From contig LFST01000046.1 of the NCBI GenBank assembly GCA_001513185.1, forward strand, positions 171,739 through 235,738: a stretch of 64,000 bases of DNA. The letters are read 5' to 3'. The notes under the pieces are model-generated. The model did not search any database. It had not been told where the DNA came from and worked only from the letters and a program-made list of their open reading frames with translations. Shown one piece after another: positions 1 to 9,280 of this stretch. The stretch's first letter is position 1; the number at the start of each line of letters is the position of its first letter. Source of the DNA: Candidatus Fermentithermobacillaceae bacterium DTU015 (lineage in GTDB: Bacteria > Bacillota > Sulfobacillia > Fermentithermobacillales > Fermentithermobacillaceae). The translations under genes were made by a program, and so were the position numbers.

Positions 1-645
1 AGCGGCCATTTCCTCCGAAAGAAAGACGGGTATTACTATTTCACAGGCTTGGAGAAGTTCGAACCTTCTGAAGACCTGATTATTATCGGCTTGTTCAAAG
101 ACGAAGAACTGGTGCCGGGTTCCAGGGTACACGTAGGCGGAGACGGAAGGTTTGTCAACTACATTGAAGTCTTGGAGCTGGCCGAATACGCCAAGTATAA
201 CCCGTGGGTTAGCGGCACGGTGTTATCTGTCGAGACAAACACGATAACCATTGCCACCAGCGACAAGTGGCTGGAGCTTAAGGAATACGCACTGTCCAAT
301 GATACGTGGTACGTGGATTGGGATGCCGGGGTTGATGGGAACGCAAGGGAACTTAACCCCGGCGACGAAGTGAAGATTGGTGTGGACCCCAGCGGGGAAA
401 AAGCGGTGCTCATTGAACGCACCTATACGCCCAGGTTCAGGGTGGAAGGTACCGTAACGGCGGCGTCAGGCAGGAGCTTTACCCTTTCCGGGGATTACGG
501 TGCAGTGAGGGTGGAGCTTGTGTCAGGTGCAGACGTGTACAAGGGCGGCGGACGGGTCCACTATTCTCAAATCGAAGTTGGCGACAGGGTATACCTGGCA
601 GGCTCAGACGCTGATTCTATCTACCTTGTGGTGGTAGAATCCTAA
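1..645 (+). CDS. hypothetical protein, 5'-partial (frame open to window start)
   Basis: Frame 1 has no stop from nt 1 and ends at TAG 643-645. Beta-rich, Gly/Asp-rich repetitive sequence. No recognisable family. Confidence 0.45.
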   Translation, partial: SGHFLRKKDGYYYFTGLEKFEPSEDLIIIGLFKDEELVPGSRVHVGGDGRFVNYIEVLELAEYAKYNPWVSGTVLSVETNTITIATSDKWLELKEYALSNDTWYVDWDAGVDGNARELNPGDEVKIGVDPSGEKAVLIERTYTPRFRVEGTVTAASGRSFTLSGDYGAVRVELVSGADVYKGGGRVHYSQIEVGDRVYLAGSDADSIYLVVVES

Positions 646-760
646 GTTTGGCAAGCAGAAGCGGGCCGTCGGTGTGCTACAAACTAAGGCCCCCGTGTAG
701 GATAATATATGGTATAAATAGGTGTGAAGCCTGGTTCCGATCCGGAAAGGGGGGTGGCCC

Positions 761-1297
761 GTGGAAGTAAAATACCTCGTTGAACCGCTGTATCAGATTA
801 CCTGGGAAGATATTATGGACTCATGCAAAGCAATCTGCCAGGAAGCAGATGCTACCTTCGGGCCACAGGCGGTGGTGGGGATCGCCGCAGGCGGGCTGAT
901 TCCCGCTACGATTATCGCGTCTATCCTGCAGATAGATCTGTATCCTTGTCTGGTCACCCGCAAGCGGCGGGGACGCATCGTCCACCAACGGCCTGAGGTG
1001 ATTGTATCCGTGAGCGAACAGGTGAAAGGCCGGAGAGTGCTGGTTGTGGACGAGATGGTGATGACAGGGGAAACCATGCGCGTGGTATCCATGGAATGCA
1101 AGAAAATGGGTGCCAGGCTTGTTAAGACTGCGGCCATTTGGGTATCATCTGAGAGTTGGAAGCCGACCTTGTATGCCATGGAGAGCCACGGCTATGTCCA
1201 GTTCCCCTGGAACGTTGAGGTGCTCTCAGCAGGAAAATTCATACTAAACCCTGTTTACCAGGGATATATTGATTCGTTGGAGATGATCGAGGATTGA
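761..1297 (+). CDS. type I phosphoribosyltransferase, xanthine-guanine PRT (Gpt)-like
   Basis: GTG start after SD GGAAAGGGGGGTGG. PRPP-binding motif VLVVDEMVMTGETM. Gpt-like blocks ITWEDI, GIAAGGLIPA and QFPWN. Confidence 0.8.
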   Translation: MEVKYLVEPLYQITWEDIMDSCKAICQEADATFGPQAVVGIAAGGLIPATIIASILQIDLYPCLVTRKRRGRIVHQRPEVIVSVSEQVKGRRVLVVDEMVMTGETMRVVSMECKKMGARLVKTAAIWVSSESWKPTLYAMESHGYVQFPWNVEVLSAGKFILNPVYQGYIDSLEMIED

Positions 1298-1971
1298 AAT
1301 CCAATAGGCTAGTGACTTTGGAAGACGTAAGGGCCAACCCTGTGGTTGAAGCATATATCAAGGCAGGCAATGAGCATCTTGGCGCCCTTGGTTTTACAGA
1401 CCATGGATTGAGGCATTCCGGGCTTGTGGCCAACATTGCCAAGAACCTGCTCAACAAGCTGGGATTCTCAGAACGGGAGCAAGAACTGGCTGCCATAGCG
1501 GGATACCTTCACGATATCGGCAACGTGGTGTCCCGGTACTACCATGCCCAGGTGGGTGCCGCATTGGCCGAGCGGATTTTGTCAGATATGGGGATGGACC
1601 CGGCTGAGATCGCCGTCATCATGGGGGCCATAGGCAGCCATGATCCTGAGGACACCTGCCAAGCAGTGTCCAACGTGTCTGCAGCGGTGATTTTGGCAGA
1701 TAAGTCCGACGTCCACCGTTCCAGGGTAAGGAATCCTGACATACACAACTTCGACGTCCATGACAGGGTGAACTACGCGGCCACGCGGTCGTTCTTGGAA
1801 GTCAAGAACGCCGAAAAGGTGATCTCGCTGCAGCTTACAATCGACACCAAGATCGCACCGGTTATGGAGTATTTTGAGATTTTCTTGACCAGGATGGTTG
1901 CGTGCAAGCGGGCTGCCGAGTTTTTGGGAGCCACCTTTGAGCTTTCTATTAACGACGTAAAACTGCTTTAG
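1294..1971 (+). CDS. HD-domain metal-dependent phosphohydrolase
   Basis: TTG start overlaps the stop of the upstream PRTase (TTGA). H..GLRHS...HDIGN HD motif. Confidence 0.75.
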   Translation: MKSNRLVTLEDVRANPVVEAYIKAGNEHLGALGFTDHGLRHSGLVANIAKNLLNKLGFSEREQELAAIAGYLHDIGNVVSRYYHAQVGAALAERILSDMGMDPAEIAVIMGAIGSHDPEDTCQAVSNVSAAVILADKSDVHRSRVRNPDIHNFDVHDRVNYAATRSFLEVKNAEKVISLQLTIDTKIAPVMEYFEIFLTRMVACKRAAEFLGATFELSINDVKLL

Positions 1972-2164
1972 GACGCAGGTTTTTGCGCGTGTTTGCTGTA
2001 TGTATCTTGCGGCCCCTGCCCCCCTTTCCGGCCGCAGCCATGCCAAGGCTCATTTTGGCAACCCCTTGAGAACTCCTCGATTGCACCGCAGATTATTATC
2101 ATATATCCTTGTCCTTAGGAATTGCACCATAAATCCCTTGCCGTTTGAGAGGAGAGGAACAGGC

Positions 2165-2677
2165 GTGCGGGTGTTGGATGACAAAGGACGGATTTTCGGA
2201 AAACTTAGCATCATCGATCTGCTCATAATAGTTGTGCTGGTTTCCCTGGCCGGATGGTTTGGATATTCCATGTTGGGCAGGAACTTGCGCCAGGATGTAG
2301 CCCAGCGGCAGCAGGAGACAGAGATCGTAGTGGTGGTCAGCGGCATACGCCCAACCACGGCAGAAGCCATTGCAAGAGGTGGCAAGATTTTTGAGTTCAA
2401 GACAGGCGCGCAAATCGGCGAGGTTGTGGGCGTAACCACTGAACCTGCCAAACTCTGGCTTGTGGAAGGCGACGGCAAGTGGGTGCAGGCTGAGTCCCAG
2501 GACCGGGTGGATGCTTTTGTGACCATCCGCGGGACTGCCAGGATTGGCGAGCACGTAATCACCATGAACGGGGTTGAAATAAGGGTTGGGGCAAGCATCG
2601 GCCTCAAGACCAAATTTGCCCAGTTCCAAGGGCATGTCATGATGATGGATCTTGATCTGGGAGGCACTTCCCAGTGA
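2165..2677 (+). CDS. hypothetical membrane-anchored protein (DUF4330-like)
   Basis: Strong SD GAGGAGAGG 7 nt upstream of GTG 2165. N-terminal TM segment IIDLLIIVVLVSLAGWF. The track ORF 2000.. is an in-frame upstream extension without SD. Confidence 0.6.
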   Translation: MRVLDDKGRIFGKLSIIDLLIIVVLVSLAGWFGYSMLGRNLRQDVAQRQQETEIVVVVSGIRPTTAEAIARGGKIFEFKTGAQIGEVVGVTTEPAKLWLVEGDGKWVQAESQDRVDAFVTIRGTARIGEHVITMNGVEIRVGASIGLKTKFAQFQGHVMMMDLDLGGTSQ

Positions 2678-4146
2678 GGAGCTGGCCTCTGGTTACACAG
2701 GAGCATCACATGCAAACTGGCAGCTTGCAGGCTAGCTGTACTTATAGATTGTTCCAAACCGCAGGCAGAGGATTCCATCGTGCCATAAACATGTTTTTTG
2801 CCTGGTTTGATACGGCTTTCAGACACAGCGCATGCGGCAGGACAGTTTTAGGTGCCCGGGAGATCTTCGCAAACTGGGCTCCTCAAAGCCTAGGTATACG
2901 GCTTCTCAAGCTGCTGCTAGTGCCTCACGGCAGCCCTGTAACCCAAGGTACTTTCTTGGGGATAGTGCTTGGGTTGGGCCCATTTTTGCCCACAGAGATG
3001 CAGATAATATGTTTTGCGTTCTTCTTGTTCCTGTGGCTATGGTGGCGGTGGGCCCACACAGCTTCCGGGGATGGTCTGCACCTTCCGTTTAGCGTGATGC
3101 TCCCGCTGGTGCTGCTGTTTCTGTTCATCGCCGGGGCGGCAGTGTCGTCGGTGGTGCCCAGGCGGAGTCTGATGAACCTGGTCTTATGGTGCTTTTATGG
3201 ATTGGTTTTTGCAGTTGCGTTTGATATGGCCAGACGGGGTGAAGAAGACACCATCGTCTGGCCCTTGCTTACCGGAGTCACCTTTTCAAGCATGGTGGGG
3301 ATATACCAGTACCTTTCCGGCTGGCAGGCTACCAAATCGTCCTGGCTTGACGAGAGGTTTCAGGACGAGATCACCCGGGTGGTAGGTACCTTCGACAACC
3401 CCACCTTTTTTGCCGAGATGATAGGTCTGGCGCTGCCCTTGACCCTCGCCCTGCTCATCAGGAACAAGAGCTTTAGGGACAAGGGCGTACTTCTGGTTTA
3501 CTCCGGGATACAAGGGGTGGCTTTGATCCTCACATGGTCCAGGGGAGCCTGGCTGGGGTTTTTCGCTTCCTTTGGGATGCTGGCAGTGCTGTTTGACAAG
3601 CGCTTGCTGCTGGTAGGGCTTGTTGCCGCCATGGTGGCAGTTGTCGCCGCGCCTCCTGTGATCGTGGAGAGGTTGCTTTCTTCGTTTAGCTTAGAGGACA
3701 GCTCCAATAGCTACCGGGTATTCATATGGCGCGGCTCCTTGGCGCTGTTAAAGGAGTATCTTTTCAGGGGGGTGGGGCTTGGGGCGGACAGTTTCGCCCA
3801 AGTCTACCCTGAGTACATGATTGTCCAGACTCCCGCGCCCCATGCTCACAGCACCTACCTGCAAATGCTGATTGAACTCGGGCTTTTGGGTTTCCTGGCC
3901 CTCATGTGGTTACTTGTAACCTGCGGCTGGCAGGCGCTGCGGGCTTTGTTTACCCACAAGGGAAAGACCTTTGAGAGATGGGCGAGGGTAGGGGTTTTGG
4001 CAGGGGTTGTGGCTGCGGTTGGCGGCCATATGCTCCAAGGCTTTGTAGAACATACCTGGTACAACCCGCAGGTGACCGTGGTATTCTGGGCGTGGGTCGG
4101 GATGGCCGCCGGCATTTCCTATAGCATGGAGGCAAAGGGGATATAA
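2674..4146 (+). CDS. O-antigen ligase/polymerase (Wzy_C) family membrane protein
   Basis: Multi-TM protein with a WSRGAWLGF Wzy_C-like block. GTG start overlaps the upstream stop. First ~108 aa are not membrane-like, so the true start may be the internal ATG 2998. Confidence 0.65.
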   Translation: MRSWPLVTQEHHMQTGSLQASCTYRLFQTAGRGFHRAINMFFAWFDTAFRHSACGRTVLGAREIFANWAPQSLGIRLLKLLLVPHGSPVTQGTFLGIVLGLGPFLPTEMQIICFAFFLFLWLWWRWAHTASGDGLHLPFSVMLPLVLLFLFIAGAAVSSVVPRRSLMNLVLWCFYGLVFAVAFDMARRGEEDTIVWPLLTGVTFSSMVGIYQYLSGWQATKSSWLDERFQDEITRVVGTFDNPTFFAEMIGLALPLTLALLIRNKSFRDKGVLLVYSGIQGVALILTWSRGAWLGFFASFGMLAVLFDKRLLLVGLVAAMVAVVAAPPVIVERLLSSFSLEDSSNSYRVFIWRGSLALLKEYLFRGVGLGADSFAQVYPEYMIVQTPAPHAHSTYLQMLIELGLLGFLALMWLLVTCGWQALRALFTHKGKTFERWARVGVLAGVVAAVGGHMLQGFVEHTWYNPQVTVVFWAWVGMAAGISYSMEAKGI

Positions 4147-4166
4147 AGAATGGTGGTTCTGGTTAC

Positions 4167-5276
4167 ATGAGGGTCTTGCATATTATCACTGATACCAACA
4201 TAGGCGGGGCGGGCAGGTACTTACTGAACCTGTTGGCCCAGCCTGCGTTTGACGATATCGACGTAGTGGTGGCGTGTCCTGACGGGGATTTGGCTGAACG
4301 GATAGACAATGCAGGGCTCACGCGGATAAACATCTCGGGCAGGGACACATCTTTTTCAGTACCTCTTACCTTTGAACTCATGAAGGTGATGAGAAAGGTA
4401 AGGCCTTGTTTGGTCCATACCCATTCCAGCCTGTCAGGCAGGATTGCCGCACGGGTATTGGGGATACCCGTCGTCTACACCAAGCACAACCTGGTAAGGA
4501 TTCCGTCGGCCGGAGGCAAGATCCCTCCGCCTGCAGGGCCTATTAAGCAGAGGCTCAACCGGATGGCCGCCAAGATGTTGGCCGATGCGGCTATAGCCGT
4601 GTCCCGGGGTGTGTACGACGAACTCATCGAGTCTGGGTTGGACGAGTCCATGGTGCACTGCGTGCAGAACGGTATTGATCTTGGCCCCTACAAGCCCGTG
4701 GATTTGGCCAAGAAGCGTGCCGGAAGCGATACCGTGGTAATCGGTACCGTTGCCCGCCTCCATCCTCAAAAGGCCCTGGAAGTGATGCTGGATGCGGCTA
4801 AACTTGTGGTAGCGTCTTTGCCTGCGGCCAGGTTCGTGATAGGCGGTACCGGCCCTATGGAGCAGTTGTTGAAAGAGAGGATCGCCGAATTAAGGCTGGA
4901 ACCCTACGTCAAAATGGTGGGGTTTGTTGAAGACGTCCCGGGGTTTTTGTCCGGGTTGGACATATATGCCTTGTCTTCTGATTACGAAGGGTTACCCCTG
5001 GCCGTGCTTGAAGCCATGGCAGCAGGGCTCCCGATTGCCTCAACCGCAGTAGGCGGTGTGCCTGAAGCCGTAATCGACGGGGAGAACGGTTTTCTGGTTC
5101 CCCCCAGAAACAGCCGTTTGCTCGCCCAGGCCATAGTAAGGCTGGCTGTAGATCCTGAGCTAGCTGCCCGTATGGGGGCACAAAGCCGCAAACGGATGGA
5201 AGAACTGTTCGACGCCAAGATCATGGCCCGCAAGACTGTGGAAGTGTATCACAAGGTGCTGAAACACAGGGGATAG
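4167..5276 (+). CDS. GT4 (group 1) glycosyltransferase
   Basis: C-terminal EGLPLAVLEAMAAGLPIASTAVGGVPE GT4 signature. Confidence 0.85.
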   Translation: MRVLHIITDTNIGGAGRYLLNLLAQPAFDDIDVVVACPDGDLAERIDNAGLTRINISGRDTSFSVPLTFELMKVMRKVRPCLVHTHSSLSGRIAARVLGIPVVYTKHNLVRIPSAGGKIPPPAGPIKQRLNRMAAKMLADAAIAVSRGVYDELIESGLDESMVHCVQNGIDLGPYKPVDLAKKRAGSDTVVIGTVARLHPQKALEVMLDAAKLVVASLPAARFVIGGTGPMEQLLKERIAELRLEPYVKMVGFVEDVPGFLSGLDIYALSSDYEGLPLAVLEAMAAGLPIASTAVGGVPEAVIDGENGFLVPPRNSRLLAQAIVRLAVDPELAARMGAQSRKRMEELFDAKIMARKTVEVYHKVLKHRG

Positions 5277-5300
5277 CCCCGGGTGTTTCAGCACCTGATT

Positions 5301-7088
5301 TCAAGCCCGCCTAAACTGTGCCTGGTACAGGTTGGCGTACCGGCCGCCTAAGGCAACCAGTTCATCGTGGGTGCCTGATTCCGTAATCTGCCCGTCTTCG
5401 ATCACCATGATCCGGTCTGCCGACCGCACAGTAGACAGCCTATGGGCGATGATGAACGAAGTCCTGCCTTTAAGCAGCGTCTTGAGTGCCTGTTGTATGA
5501 GCTGTTCTGTTTCCGGGTCCACGCTTGAAGTAGCTTCGTCGAGGATGAGGATCCTCGGGTCAGCTAGGATCGCCCTGGCAAACGCAAGCAGTTGCCGCTG
5601 CCCTGCCGACAGGTTTGTGCCCCGCTCTGTGACTTCGGAATCATACCCTTTAGGCAGGCTTTCAATGAAATCGTGGATACATGCAGCTTTTGCTGCCCTG
5701 ACCACTTCGTCCATAGTGGCATCAGGTTTTCCGAAAAGCAGGTTGTCTTTTATTGTCCCCGAGAAAATCAGCGTGTCTTGGAGTACAATGCCCAGCTGGC
5801 TCCTGTAAGACGGCAGGCTTACTTCAGCAAGGTCATACCCGTCTACGGTGATCTTGCCCGATGAAGGCTGGTAGAACCTGGCCAGCAGGTTGATTATGGT
5901 TGTCTTGCCCGCCCCTGTGGGCCCTACCAGGGCGATGGTTTCTCCTGGGCTCACCTTGAAGCTTATTCCAGAGAGCACCTGCTCGCCGGGTTTGTATGCA
6001 AAGCTTACGTTTTCGAATACAACTTCTCCTTCCAGCCGTGGAAGTTCAATGTACCCTTCCTGCGCTGAAGACCCTGTTTCCGGCTTGAGGTCGAGCACGG
6101 TAAACACCCTTTCAGCCGAAGCCATGGCCGAAAGCACTTGGCTCCACACCCTTGAGAACGTGCTTATAGGTGCCCAGAACTTGCCCAGGTAGTTCACAAA
6201 GGCCCACACCAAGCCTATGGTCATGGTACCTTGGACTACTGCATTTGCACCATACCAGATCACGATTGCCGTGCCCATGGCGCCCACGATATCTGTAAGC
6301 GGCCAGAAGGCCTGGTCCAGCCTGATGGCGCGCATATATGCATCGAAGTATTTCTTGTTAAATTCCCTGAACTTGGCGCTGTTGTGCTTTTCATAGCCGT
6401 ATGCCTGTATCACAGATAGGCCTTGTATGGTTTCGTTAAGATGGGCGTTGATGCTGGCAACCGCCTTGCGGGTGTCTCCCCAGGCATCTTCAAGCGCCCA
6501 CCTTACCTTGGTCAGCACGAACCCAAGCAGGGGGATGGTGACAAACGACAGCAGCGCCATCTTCCAATGGAGATACAGCATAATGCCTACGATACCTACT
6601 AAGGATATAAGCTGGCTTACCAGGTTCACAATCCCTGACGCCGCCAGGTTGCCTATGTGGTTTACGTCGTTGGTGATCCTTGACACGATTTTCCCGGCAG
6701 GCCTGCGATCGAAGAATACAAACGGCAGGGATTGGATGTGGGTGAATAAGTTTTGCCGCAGGTCGTACAGCACCTGCTGGCCCAATATGTTTATGGTTCT
6801 TACCTGGGCCCGCGATGCCGCCCACTGGATGAACCTGAGGACAAGCAGCACGGCCAATGTAACCACAAGTATCCTTACGTTGCCCGGCGTTATCCCGTCA
6901 TCGATGGCTTTCCTGAACAGCAAAGGCTCTACAAGGCCTATGATTATCCCCGTAAGGGTGAGGATTGAAGCCTTTATGGCAGTTTTCCTGTAAGGCCGGG
7001 TATACCCCAGTATCCTAAGGAAATATTCCATGTTAAACGGCCGTTCTTCTGCTTCTTCAATGAGCTCATCAAGGTCGTATTCTGACAT
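5301..7088 (-). CDS. ABC exporter, fused permease/ATP-binding subunit
   Basis: 6-TM N-terminal domain plus NBD with Walker A GPTGAGKTT, signature LSAGQRQ and Walker B ILILDEATS. Confidence 0.9.
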   Translation of the reverse strand: MSEYDLDELIEEAEERPFNMEYFLRILGYTRPYRKTAIKASILTLTGIIIGLVEPLLFRKAIDDGITPGNVRILVVTLAVLLVLRFIQWAASRAQVRTINILGQQVLYDLRQNLFTHIQSLPFVFFDRRPAGKIVSRITNDVNHIGNLAASGIVNLVSQLISLVGIVGIMLYLHWKMALLSFVTIPLLGFVLTKVRWALEDAWGDTRKAVASINAHLNETIQGLSVIQAYGYEKHNSAKFREFNKKYFDAYMRAIRLDQAFWPLTDIVGAMGTAIVIWYGANAVVQGTMTIGLVWAFVNYLGKFWAPISTFSRVWSQVLSAMASAERVFTVLDLKPETGSSAQEGYIELPRLEGEVVFENVSFAYKPGEQVLSGISFKVSPGETIALVGPTGAGKTTIINLLARFYQPSSGKITVDGYDLAEVSLPSYRSQLGIVLQDTLIFSGTIKDNLLFGKPDATMDEVVRAAKAACIHDFIESLPKGYDSEVTERGTNLSAGQRQLLAFARAILADPRILILDEATSSVDPETEQLIQQALKTLLKGRTSFIIAHRLSTVRSADRIMVIEDGQITESGTHDELVALGGRYANLYQAQFRRA

Positions 7089-7133
7089 AACCCAGGCAGC
7101 GGGATAAGCTGCCTTTTTCCTCCCTTCGTTAGC

Positions 7134-8930
7134 TCATGCATCTTGGCTTACATGGTTTGGATTTGAGGCGTTTTCCAGTTCGAGGCTTAGTGCCAACTCC
7201 ACATCCTGTTCGGCGAACTGGCTTTCAAACAGTTTCTTGTAGAATCCAGGTTGGGACAAAAGCTCCAGATGGGTGCCTACTTGCGAGATCTTCCCGTCTT
7301 TTAAGATCACAATCTTGTCTGCATCCCTAATGGTAGACAGCCGTTTGGCGATGATGATGGTGGTCCGGTTTTCCATCACGTGGCTGAGCCCTTCCTGGAT
7401 CAAGTATTCAGTTTCCGTGTCTACGCTGGATGTGGCTTCATCGAGTATTAAGATTTTCGGGTCAGTCAAGATAGCCCTGGCAAGCGCAACCCGCTGCTTC
7501 TGTCCGCCTGAAAGCCCGATGCCCCGTTCACCCAGAGGGGTGTCATAGCCTTTGGGGAACTCAGATATAAATCCGTGGGCCTGAGCCAGCTCTGCCGCCT
7601 GGATGATCTCCTCCAGGGAAGCGTCAGGCTTTCCCAATGAGATGTTTTCCCTGACGGTGGCAGAGAACAGGAAATTTTCCTGGAGCACAAGCCCGATGTT
7701 CTTCCGCAAGGATTTCAGCGATATTTCCCTTAAGTCATGGCCGTCAAGGGTGATCCGGCCTGAAGTTGGATCCAGAAAGCGCGGGATGAGGTTAACCAAG
7801 GTTGACTTGCCCGAACCTGTCCCGCCTACGATGGCCACCGTCTCCCCGGGTAATATTTCAAGGTTTATGTTTTCCAGAGTCTTGCGGTCATCCCCTGGGA
7901 AGCAGAAGTCCACGTTTTCAAATACTATGTGCCCCTTTACTTGTTCCAGTTCCACAGGGTCCGGGCAATCCTTGATCTCAGGCTCAGTGTCCAAGAGTTC
8001 AAACAACCGGGGCGCTGCAGCCAAGGATTGTTCCGCCATGTTTACAAGCCAGCCCAGCATTCTAACCGGCCATATAAGGCTCCACAGCAGGGAATAGAAC
8101 GCAAACAACGTGCCTACCGTCATCTGTCCTGACAGTACAAGGTATCCGCCGTAACCTATCATACTTACTGCCGAAAGGCCGGTGAGCAGTTCGAGGAAAG
8201 GCTGGGCCCTGGCTTCTATGTCCGCCCGCTCCAGGTTGGCCTCGTAATGCTCTAGGTTTCTTCGGGCAAACTTCCTGATCTCCTCAGGTTCCCTGGCAAA
8301 CGCCTTTACCACCCTGATCCCAGTGATATTTTCCTGGAGGGTTTCGGTTAGCTTGCCCATCTTCTCCCTTACGTTTTTCCATGCCGGCCTCACGTTCCGG
8401 TCGAACCAGAACACAGTGCGGAACAGGAACGGAAAGGTCACTACCGTAGCGAGCATAAGCCGCCAGTTGAGGTAGGCCAGGTATGAGCTCACCCCGACTG
8501 TCATGAGCACCATGCTCACCAGGAACAGGGCGCCCCAGCCAATGAAATCCTGAACTGAGTGAATGTCGCTGGTGAGCCTTGCCATGACCTGCCCCGTGCC
8601 CATGGTTGAGAAATACGACGGGGGCAGGGTTTGGAGGTGATCGTGGATCTGTTGCCTCATTTGAAAGATCACTTCTTGCCCGATGAGTTCCGATGTGTAC
8701 CATTGGATGTATAGTACGATTCCTTTGAGCACCGCCACACCCACAAAGCCCAGGCATAGCTTCGCCAGCAGCGGCAGATCCTTTTGGGGCAAAGCTACGT
8801 CCACTATCTGCCTGAGCAACATGGCAGGAGACATCTCCAGCACTGTGGCAGCTGTCATGGCTAAGATCACAATTACTACGCCTATCCAGTGTGGTTTTAG
8901 GTACCCGAGAAGCCTTTTTAGATCTGACAT
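7134..8930 (-). CDS. ABC exporter, fused permease/ATP-binding subunit (heterodimer partner)
   Basis: TMD plus NBD with GGTGSGKST, LSGGQKQR and ILILDEATSSVD. Adjacent to and co-oriented with 5301..7088. Confidence 0.9.
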   Translation of the reverse strand: MSDLKRLLGYLKPHWIGVVIVILAMTAATVLEMSPAMLLRQIVDVALPQKDLPLLAKLCLGFVGVAVLKGIVLYIQWYTSELIGQEVIFQMRQQIHDHLQTLPPSYFSTMGTGQVMARLTSDIHSVQDFIGWGALFLVSMVLMTVGVSSYLAYLNWRLMLATVVTFPFLFRTVFWFDRNVRPAWKNVREKMGKLTETLQENITGIRVVKAFAREPEEIRKFARRNLEHYEANLERADIEARAQPFLELLTGLSAVSMIGYGGYLVLSGQMTVGTLFAFYSLLWSLIWPVRMLGWLVNMAEQSLAAAPRLFELLDTEPEIKDCPDPVELEQVKGHIVFENVDFCFPGDDRKTLENINLEILPGETVAIVGGTGSGKSTLVNLIPRFLDPTSGRITLDGHDLREISLKSLRKNIGLVLQENFLFSATVRENISLGKPDASLEEIIQAAELAQAHGFISEFPKGYDTPLGERGIGLSGGQKQRVALARAILTDPKILILDEATSSVDTETEYLIQEGLSHVMENRTTIIIAKRLSTIRDADKIVILKDGKISQVGTHLELLSQPGFYKKLFESQFAEQDVELALSLELENASNPNHVSQDA

Positions 8931-9004
8931 AAGTCTTACCCCTCTTAGTTTGCCTGCTTGTTTTAGGATGTCGCTAATGCTACCAGCTTTTTGAAGTAAC
9001 TACA

Positions 9005-9025
9005 ACGCAAACAGCTTGTTTGCGT
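9005..9025. promoter_or_regulatory. perfect inverted repeat ACGCAAACA-gct-TGTTTGCGT upstream of the ABC exporter operon
   Basis: 9-bp arms with 3-nt spacer, 75 nt upstream of the start at 8930 (minus strand). Candidate operator or 5'-UTR hairpin. Confidence 0.35.
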
Positions 9026-9227
9026 GTTGGTATCTGGCTGGGAATTAGCGATTTGCCGGGCGCTGCCCGGCCTGAACCCGGACTTTTCCGAAGCGATCTC
9101 ATGGGGCTAGAGGATGGGCACGGCTTCAACTCCTCGTACACGTCTTGGCCTGTAACCGGTTAATTATAAGCCCACAAACATATACCACAATTCACCAAGC
9201 GGCGCAATATAGTGAATGCTGAAGGTT

Positions 9228-9257
9228 CAAAAGGCCTCCGGCAGCCCGCCGGAGGCC
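9228..9257 (-). terminator. intrinsic terminator downstream of pntB
   Basis: GGCCTCCGGC-agccc-GCCGGAGGCC 10-bp stem, followed on the minus strand by UUUUG. ~25 nt after the pntB stop (9281-9283). Confidence 0.7.
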
Positions 9258-9280
9258 TGGGCATAGACGTGTGCGCCCGC

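Noticed and set aside
49-62. tRNA T-loop-like string GGAGAAGTTCGAACC
   Set aside because: Sits inside a continuous coding frame. No acceptor or anticodon stems could be built.
159-422. Antisense/shadow ORFs inside well-supported genes, including 159..422 -, 793..1179 -, 5332..5808 +, 7603..8097 +, 12458..13228 +, 19307..19714 -, 33040..33633 - and 34526..35119 -
   Set aside because: They lie opposite or out of frame to ORFs with clear family signatures. High GC inflates spurious ORFs. No SD or domain evidence.
2000-2164. Upstream in-frame extension of ORF 2000..2677
   Set aside because: A strong SD (GAGGAGAGG) sits 7 nt before GTG 2165 and the TM helix begins just after it. The upstream 55 codons are Arg/Pro-rich and unlike a signal or membrane segment.
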